In this document: positions 40,502 to 47,807 of the stretch, piece by piece | Layout of the letters: the number at the start of each line of letters is the position of its first letter | How positions within the stretch are numbered: position 1 is the stretch's first letter | Assembly (NCBI GenBank): GCA_029953675.1 | Contig: JAMWBK010000014.1 | Location: forward strand, 1-47,807 | Source of the DNA: Rhodosorus marinus CCMP1338 | Lineage: Eukaryota; Plantae; Rhodophyta | Direction: 5' to 3' | Length of the DNA: 47,807 bases | The notes under the pieces: generated by a model | Told to the model about the DNA's origin: nothing | Database searches by the model: none | The model's input: only the letters and a program-made list of their open reading frames with translations | Translations under genes and position numbers: made by a program

Positions 40502-43500
40502 TGAAGGAACCAAGTGACAGCCTGTCTCCAAAATGAAGAACCTTAACTGATTAGATTTAGGAAACGTTTTGGCATTTGCTCAGCCGATGAAAAGGGTATA
40601 AAAATACCGTAGATACGACTTCTATATTGGTTTAGAGGGAGAGCTGGAAGGACACAACACGGTTCAATGGGGGAATAGATTTAACGCTTGTAGTCTAGAG
40701 CTAGACTAATTAATGGAACGAGCTTTATTCCTTTGAGAAAAGAAAGTGTGGTGGTATTTGGACCTAGGGTCCAATAGTTTGGTCTCATAGCGAGTGTAGC
40801 GATTGCTGAGTGCCCTGTTTGGAAAAGAGCAATGGAGCAGAACCCCGCGCTCACTCAGGTTCTTCTGGCGATTGGACGAGTCCTAGACAGGTAAGAACAG
40901 GCGGCGACGAATGACCCGGGCCTTTCTATCACGACAAGACCGGTCGAGACCCTTGCTGAAACTTTACCCTGAGTTCACTGGTGAAGGGACAGGAACGTTG
41001 AGGACTACATTGCTGAATTCAACCATGTCATCAAAGCCTACAAAGTTCCCGAGGGCAAGGGAGCTTCAAGAGTCCACCCGTGGGCTGACAAGGTGAGCAG
41101 CTGCTTGGTTCTCTCGTCTGGAAGACGATAGGAAGAACGACTGGCATACCCTGCAAATCGCATTCAGGGAAAAGTATGCCGCCCAAACCGTACGTGAGCG
41201 TTAGCAAATAGGATAACTAGTATGGAGTCTCGCGAGGGGCGAACGATCCGCGAATATGTAAATACGTTTGAACGAACCCTCGATGAACTTCTTAAGTATG
41301 TTCTGGATTGCATTAAAATCTGACATGCAATCCCAGATGTTATGATAGTGGCGATCTTCTTGAAAGGGCTGACACCACCCGCCCAGAGTCTACGTAGCGT
41401 CGACTAGACCTGCTACTATCGAAGACACAATATACGCGGCCCTGACAATTCCTGACGAAAAATTCCTAGGAAAATTCCAGGAAAGTTGGAGGACCAAGCC
41501 ACGAAGCTCGAAGCACCGTTCAGCAACAACCAGATTCACCGAGATTCCCGCATCTGGTGATACAGAACGGTGAGGAGCCAGACCAGAATGAGGTTCCCGG
41601 AAATCAAACAGTAGTAAGAGATCGACCGTGGCAACAGTGCGGGCCAGCTCTTCCGAACATGTGGAAGACGCCGCCATTGCACAAGTGATTTCGGAGTACG
41701 AGACGTACTCGCAAGGCCTTCAAGACAGTGCAATCCGACAGCTTCGACTACATGCACGAATAGCAGGACAACAGGTGGAAGCCCTGGTCGACGCAGGAGC
41801 AATGGTCAATCTCCTCGACCCCACTGTACAGCAAGAAGCGGGGTTGAACGAGGAAACCAAGCGGAAGAGATTATCGTCCGTATTCGGGGACGACCGCGAA
41901 GTTTCCGTGGTAAACGCTGTGAAGATCGAATGCCACCCGAAGTGGGCGAGCACGACGTGTTTCCACATTACGCCACTGGGTGGGGCGAGGGCGATCTTGG
42001 GATTGCCGTGGCTAACAGCGAACCAGGCGGTGGTACATGCAGCACCACGAATGGAAAGCGTCTACACCCCGGACGTAGGTGATCTAGTCCTACGCTGCAA
42101 CAACGGGGTGAAAAACGTGGAGGACTACGCACAAGTCGCACTAGTTGGGCAAAAATAGCTCACGAAGCGACGACTCCCTGGCATTCTTCAGGTACGAAAC
42201 TGGATCAGGAAATGCGTGAAGCGTATCCAGATGTCATCCAAAAAATTGGTGGGGTTGCCACCGCGAAGGGAGGTAGAAGCCGAGCTAGGCACGGGAGATG
42301 CTGAGCCAGTGTTTCGGAGTCCATATAGACTCTCTGGCTCGAGAGGAAAGAACTATCAAGCCAGCTGGATGAGCTACTTCGGCTTGGTTTCATCCAACCA
42401 TTGGAGAGCTCGGTGGCGCACCTGTTTTCTTCGTGAAGAAGAAAACCGGGGAACTCCGGCTGTGCGTGGACTGCCGAGGACTGAACCGGGTTACCAAGCG
42501 ATTAAGCTATCCGTTACCGAGAATTGACGACCTAGTCGACCAATTAGGAGAGGGCGGAGTCTTCTCCAAGCTCAACCTACGAAGTGGCTACCACCAGCTG
42601 AGTATATCGGAAAAGGAATGTGCCGAAGACGGCTTTCGTCTCGGAGTTCGGACACTTTGAGTGCAGGGTGGCACCATTTGGACTGACATCTCTACCCGCT
42701 TACTTCAGTAAGCTGCTGACAGAGATACTCCGGAAGTGGATGGGAAAGTATGTCGTAGTCTATTTAGATGACATACTGATAAATTCGCCAGATGAAGAAA
42801 GTCGTCGACATGACGTTCGTAACGTGATGAGCGGACTACAGAGGGCAATGCTCATTGTGCACCCAGAGAAATCGTCTTTTGGGATGACGGAGGTGGAATA
42901 TCTAGGCTTCAAGATCTCAGAAGGCACCATCTGCATCGACAACGCCAAGGTAGCTGCCGTGAGGAAACTCAAACTTCCGAGTACGATAAAAGGGGTAAGG
43001 TCCATTATGGGGTTGATCGCTTACTTTCGTCGCTTTATCCGCGATTTCTCAAGTATAGCAGCACCGTTAACGGACCTCCTGAAACAAGGACGCCCCTTCT
43101 TGATGACGCCGACGCCGTATCAGCCTTCCAGAACCTGAGGATGCTAGTGACGTCGGGACCGGTGCTAGCCTACCGCACCTAGACGGTCAAAACTATGAAG
43201 TGACTACGGACGCGTCAGGCATAGGCATTGGCTGTATGCTAACCCAACCAGGCGATAGTGTTCGAATCGAGCAAACTCACTGGAGCAGAGCGGAGATACA
43301 GTACCCACGAACGAGAAATGTTTGCGGTGGTATGCCGTGTTGAAAGGTGGCGACACTACGTCGGGGGGACTAAATTCGCCACCTTCGTAGACAACAGCGT
43401 TCTCACCTATCTCCAGACGATGTGCAACCCGTGGAGGAGGATGACGCGGTACTTCGAGAAAACAGCCAAGTTTGACTATGAAATCAAACACTTACCCGGC

Positions 43501-45172
43501 CGAATGAACTTCGTAGCAGATGCCCTATCGAGACAAGATATGGGAGAAGATCTCGAGGTGGGCAGTAGTCACGACGGAGTGTTGGTTGAAGGATTATGCT
43601 AGCCAAAGACAAGAATTCAACAAGTTGCCTGAGGCAGAGAATAGATTGGTCCAAGAGGAAACGGAAGGAGTCGTCCCGGACGAAGCAACCGGAATCCTGT
43701 ATTGGGAAGCTGAGGGAATACGTACCCACTGGCTAGCGCCGGAGGATCACAACGATCTACTGGCGGACGCCCATAAAGCACTAGGACATCGGTCCGCCCG
43801 CGCGCTATACGAACAGCTGAGGTCCCGATGTTACTGGAGAACCTTGAGGAAAGAGGCGGGAAGCAGTCCGAAAGTGTGCGGGTGATAAACTGCACCAGAT
43901 ACCGGCTCCCCAAAGGAGGTTGGCGCCAAAACACCCACTGCCGACGGAGGCCTTGTTTTTTAGGTGGCATATCGACTTCATATGGCGATTGCCGACGACG
44001 CCACGAGGGAACAGATGGATTCCCATAGCTGTGGAAAGCCTCAGTCGCTGGAGCCTAGTGAGGGTATTGTCTGAGGCAACCAAAGAGAACGTCGCGAAGT
44101 TCATTTATGAGGAAATAGTCTCAACGTATGGAGCCCCGGTCCAGATAATGTCAGATCGTGGAGCTCAGTTCCGATCGGCGGTACTGGCGGAATACCTGAA
44201 GTTGTTGCCAACCAAGCAAGTATTCACGTCCGCCTATCACCCACGGACTAACGCGACAGCCGAACGCTGGAATCGTACTTTCCAGGAAATCCTGGCGCAG
44301 TACACAGGAGGCATGGTTCGTAGGTGGGACCAGTTCGTTCCCCAAGCGAATGCTGCTATGCGTCTGACAGTCAATCGTAGCACAGCAAAGACCCCTTTCG
44401 AACTACTCTACGGAATTCCTGCGCGGATACCGGGTATAGATCACGCACCTCTTCTGTTCGATGCGAGCGAAGAGAATACGGCGGTTCGAGCTCGAGTTGA
44501 GGAGTTAACGGGCCCAGGGCGTATACGCGAGGCGGAAAACCTCAGCGTAGAGGATGCGAAGACACAAAACGCCAGTACTATAATGCGCTGGTTACCCTGA
44601 CCCGTTAGTAGTTGGTACCTGGGTGCTGGTGAGAACGAAACGAAAACGATGGGTCAGTCCCGATTTTTCGGACCCTTTAAGGTGACCGAGGTGATGATCT
44701 TCGACACTTACAGACTGGAAGATCCAAAAGGCAAGCGAGAGCCTACCCTTGTTCACCGAGACCGACTACGCCGAGAACTACGGAGGGCGATGTTGCGAAG
44801 TGGTGGACCCCGCCTGCACGCCGAGAGTTAGCAGAATTAGTGGGCGATGAACTCAAGGATTCACCGACTACGCAGGGCCAGTAAGTGGGAGAACAGGGGG
44901 GTATGAAAGAACCAAGTGACAGCCTGTATCTAAATGAAGAACTTTCTAGAAGCTAAACTGATTAGATTTAGCATTTGCTGGGCCGGAGAAACTGGTCGAT
45001 AAATACCGTAGATACGACTTCTTTATTGGTTAGAGAAAGAGAAGAGAGGACACAACAAGGTTAAATGGGGAATAGATTTAACAAGTGTCGTCTAGAGCTA
45101 GACTAATTAAAGGAAGGAAGTTCATTCCTTTGAGAAAAGAAAGTGTTGTGATATTGGGCATGGGGCCAAATA
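40502..45172 (+). mobile_element. Gypsy-2, degenerate Ty3/Gypsy LTR retrotransposon
   Basis: 5' LTR 40502-40865 (TGAAGGAACC...GGTTCTTC), PBS-like TGGCG at 40866, gag remnant, PR (LVDAGA), RT (VYLDDILI), RNase H, IN (WHIDF, SDRGAQF, ERWN), PPT 44887-44901, truncated 3' LTR 44904-45172. Many frameshifts and stops. Confidence 0.92.
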
Positions 45173-45924
45173 AGTCGACCTTAGATGCAGTGATAAAAAG
45201 CCTAGAAAAAGAGCAAAAGAGTGTTGCAAGTGATAAAAAGTGATAGAAAGCGACAAAAAGCGATAAAAATGGATAAAAATGTAAAATTCTGAATCGGATA
45301 CAACACAAAATTGGAGTCCCCGCCCCTTGCAAAAACCTCTATTGATATCTTTCCGAGATCTCCACTCGCTTACTCCCCCCTGAACTACCCCTTTCAGCTC
45401 CCCAATTCTCATCAGAATTGTCGATCAGTTTTCTACTCATTCGATTCAATCAGGTTTTTTGTTCTTATGGAAACTATTCGGTTCCCTGGTAACACGCGCA
45501 ACAAGGTAACGAGAAAACATTTGTTTTTCAATACGAGGAGAACAGGGGAGAATTGAATGTTAGCCAGAATGCGACTGATGTGTACTTATCAAATGCTCAC
45601 CTGATGCTGCACGTATTTGACCGACTTCTCGTACAGAGGGGGGGGGAAGGGTCTTCCCGCGAGCGAGCTCGCTGCTGTGTCTTTGGGGCCGTATTTGCCC
45701 TGAGTAGCTTACGACCGTCCCAGGCTTTCCCCACTCACGCCGACGGATTTTTGAGATATGTACTTGTCTTTGACGCACTTGTACCTGGTGTACAATAGCC
45801 GGCTTGCCCTATAGCGCAGGGTTCGCCATACCTTTTGTGCCAAGCGTAAAAACCTGCTCAGAGTAGAAAAGATATTCAGGGGTTTTCAAAGCGTGGGAAC
45901 TTCTTGTAGTTGAAATAATTTGTT

Positions 45925-47010
45925 TAGTCGGAGACTGAAAGAAACAACCCTGAGGGGAAAACATAGACTATATGCGGCGAAGGTCGCGCGTCTCCGACAT
46001 CGACGAATGGTTTAATCGGAGGCTGAAAGAAAAAACCCCGAGGGGAAAAAAAGACTAAGTGCGGCGAAGAACTCGCGCCTCCAACATCAAAGCGGCATTC
46101 ATGCGCCACAGCAGGAAACTTAAGCGGGGAAACAACGATTGACGACGGTCAGGGCGTTCGCGGAACAACTCCCGAAGCCAGCGAGAACCAACAGAGTCCA
46201 TGAACCCAAAGCACTCAATGATCAGGGGTACCAAGCGATGTGCTAGTGCCGAAGCACGAACACCAGGGGAAGACAAAGCCCCCGCGTATTTGATCTGCTT
46301 TGCGGCGTCTCATACTGGCGGCGGCAGATCCACGGCGCACCACCACCAACCACCAAAGCATGCGTTTATATGCCAAGCAGCAAGAAACTTAAACGGGGTA
46401 AACAACGAGAACAGACGGTCACCTGAACAATTCCCAGGAAACCAAAGAGAACCAACGGAATCCATAAACCCAAAGCACTCAATTACCAGAGGTCCAGGCG
46501 CGGATAAGCTAGAGCCGAAGGACGGAAAATGCATGGCGAAGAAGAAAGCCCCCGCATATCTCAACTCAGAGTGGGAAAAAAGACTAAGAGAGCGCGAAGA
46601 TCGCGCCCTTCCAACATCAAAGCATCGTTCATACGCCACAGCAAGAAACTTTAAACGGGTAAAACAACGAGGACAGATGGTCAGGGGCGTTCGCGGAACA
46701 ATTCCCCGAAGCCAACGAGAACCAACGGAATCCATAAACCCAAAGCACTCATTGACCAGTGGTACCAGGCGATGAGCTAGAGCCGAAAGGACGAGATGCA
46801 TTTGGGAGAGAGGCAAGGCCCCCGCATACTTCAACTCTTTGCGACGTCTCATACTGGCAGCGGCAAATCGACGGCGCTCTTTCGCAGCCGGCAAAATAAA
46901 CCACTCAGCCTGAGGGACTAGGAACAGCAAGATCAACGTACGTCCTACGACGGCTATCACCACACGGGTGATCCACGAGATCTCAGCCACTCCGGCGCTC
47001 ATCATTTTTG
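45925..47010 (-). mobile_element. Stack of about four RLE-A-type 3' fragments in the same orientation
   Basis: The ..ECFGFMDSVGS..FLLW..NAALM segment recurs at about 45925-46003, 46004-46335, 46355-46560 and 46560-47010, with differing divergence. Confidence 0.85.
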
Positions 47011-47046
47011 GTAGTCTGCGAACCAGGCCGGGGATGTTGCTGCGCA

Positions 47047-47807
47047 GGTCATTGTCCTCACACCCCAGCTCTCAACCCTCTATAAGCAGTGGTTTCTAAG
47101 CTTTTCTTAGAACACTTTTGCTGAGTTCATCGAGTTTTACACTTTCTAACACTAATTTACGCATTGTTGTACACTCGTGTTGTTTTATGTGGTACCTCTC
47201 CAAGTGGGAATGCCGCCTCCTTGCTTTGTCCACTCAGGGATGAAGATACCACTGATTTTTTTAGGCGCCCGCCTGCTTGCCGACTTGCCCTGCTGTGAAT
47301 GTGCTGTGAAAAATGGCTTCGTGACTCGCAGACATACGAGGATCCCCCTGATGGGATGCCACAAAAGCCGCTGATGAGGGTCTCCTGTCGATTTTGGCAC
47401 GTCTTCCACAGGGCAAGAGCCCAGGGACCCAGTGCAATGCGCGCGGAACATCTCCAAGGCGCCAATCAACAGACGCAAGTGGCTTTGATCCGCGTACTGC
47501 GACAACTAGCGACAGCTCCCGAGGAGCTTCCCCTCCGCTGGCGCGTTCCCCGCGTAGCAGCAGACTACTACCATTCGCGAAGCCACGGAAGGACTCGGCT
47601 CCCCAGGAAAACCCAGGCGTTCGGCCCATCGGCGTCCCTGAAGCTCTACGAAAAAGTGGCGACTCAATGGACCCTTCGCGCGGTGATCATTATGGGTGCC
47701 ACGCTCCTGGTGCCATTACAACTAGGGGATCGGAGTCAGTGGCGGATGCGAACGCTCACGTCACGCGATCCAGGCCCATCTGTCATGTGAACTAGACGCG
47801 GTGGTGC
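47047..47807 (+). mobile_element. RLE-C element: 5' region and degenerate RT N-terminus, runs off the window
   Basis: Across frameshifts it reads GKSPG..SAMRAEHL, SSRLLPFAKP, GVRPIGVPEALRK, LVPLQLG, which are CRE-type RT subdomains 0-2. Confidence 0.75.

Noticed and set aside
1-47807. Numerous antisense or alternate-frame ORFs (e.g. 1241-1867, 25438-26043, 31758-32414, 33989-34501, 37973-38680)
   Set aside because: They are shadows of GC-rich or repetitive real ORFs on the other strand and show no motifs of their own.
1-47807. rRNA, tRNA, snRNA or spliced-leader target genes for the RLE elements
   Set aside because: None recognisable by eye, and insertion flanks share no sequence. An Infernal or tRNAscan run would be needed to exclude them fully.

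Overview
Eukaryotic nuclear DNA. Short GT-AG introns, a Hedgehog-type Hint (Hog) protein and secreted Cys-rich proteins suggest a red alga; this is inference and the taxon cannot be proven from the window. Most of the window is a nested retrotransposon cluster. It holds several families of non-LTR elements with a C-terminal CCHC finger and restriction-like endonuclease (CRE/R2-type; labelled RLE-A, -A2, -B and -C here), present as near-full-length copies, halves and many 3'-end fragments. It also holds two Ty3/Gypsy LTR elements and a MITE-like foldback. Host genes between them: a spliced, secreted S1 serine protease fused to a Hog Hint domain; three paralogous secreted Cys-rich genes (one intact with 6 exons, one with RTX-like repeats, one degraded); and a pseudogenised kinase with about 14 ankyrin-like repeats. 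Best leads: the protease-Hint fusion hidden by an intron; one RLE-A element apparently split into complementary, oppositely oriented halves around a scrambled Gypsy integrase; family-specific tandem-repeat 3' tails on non-site-specific RLE elements; and the hypervariable ankyrin-like array. Many frameshifts fall in homopolymers and may be assembly errors. No rRNA, tRNA or CRISPR was recognised. Fragment boundaries are approximate.
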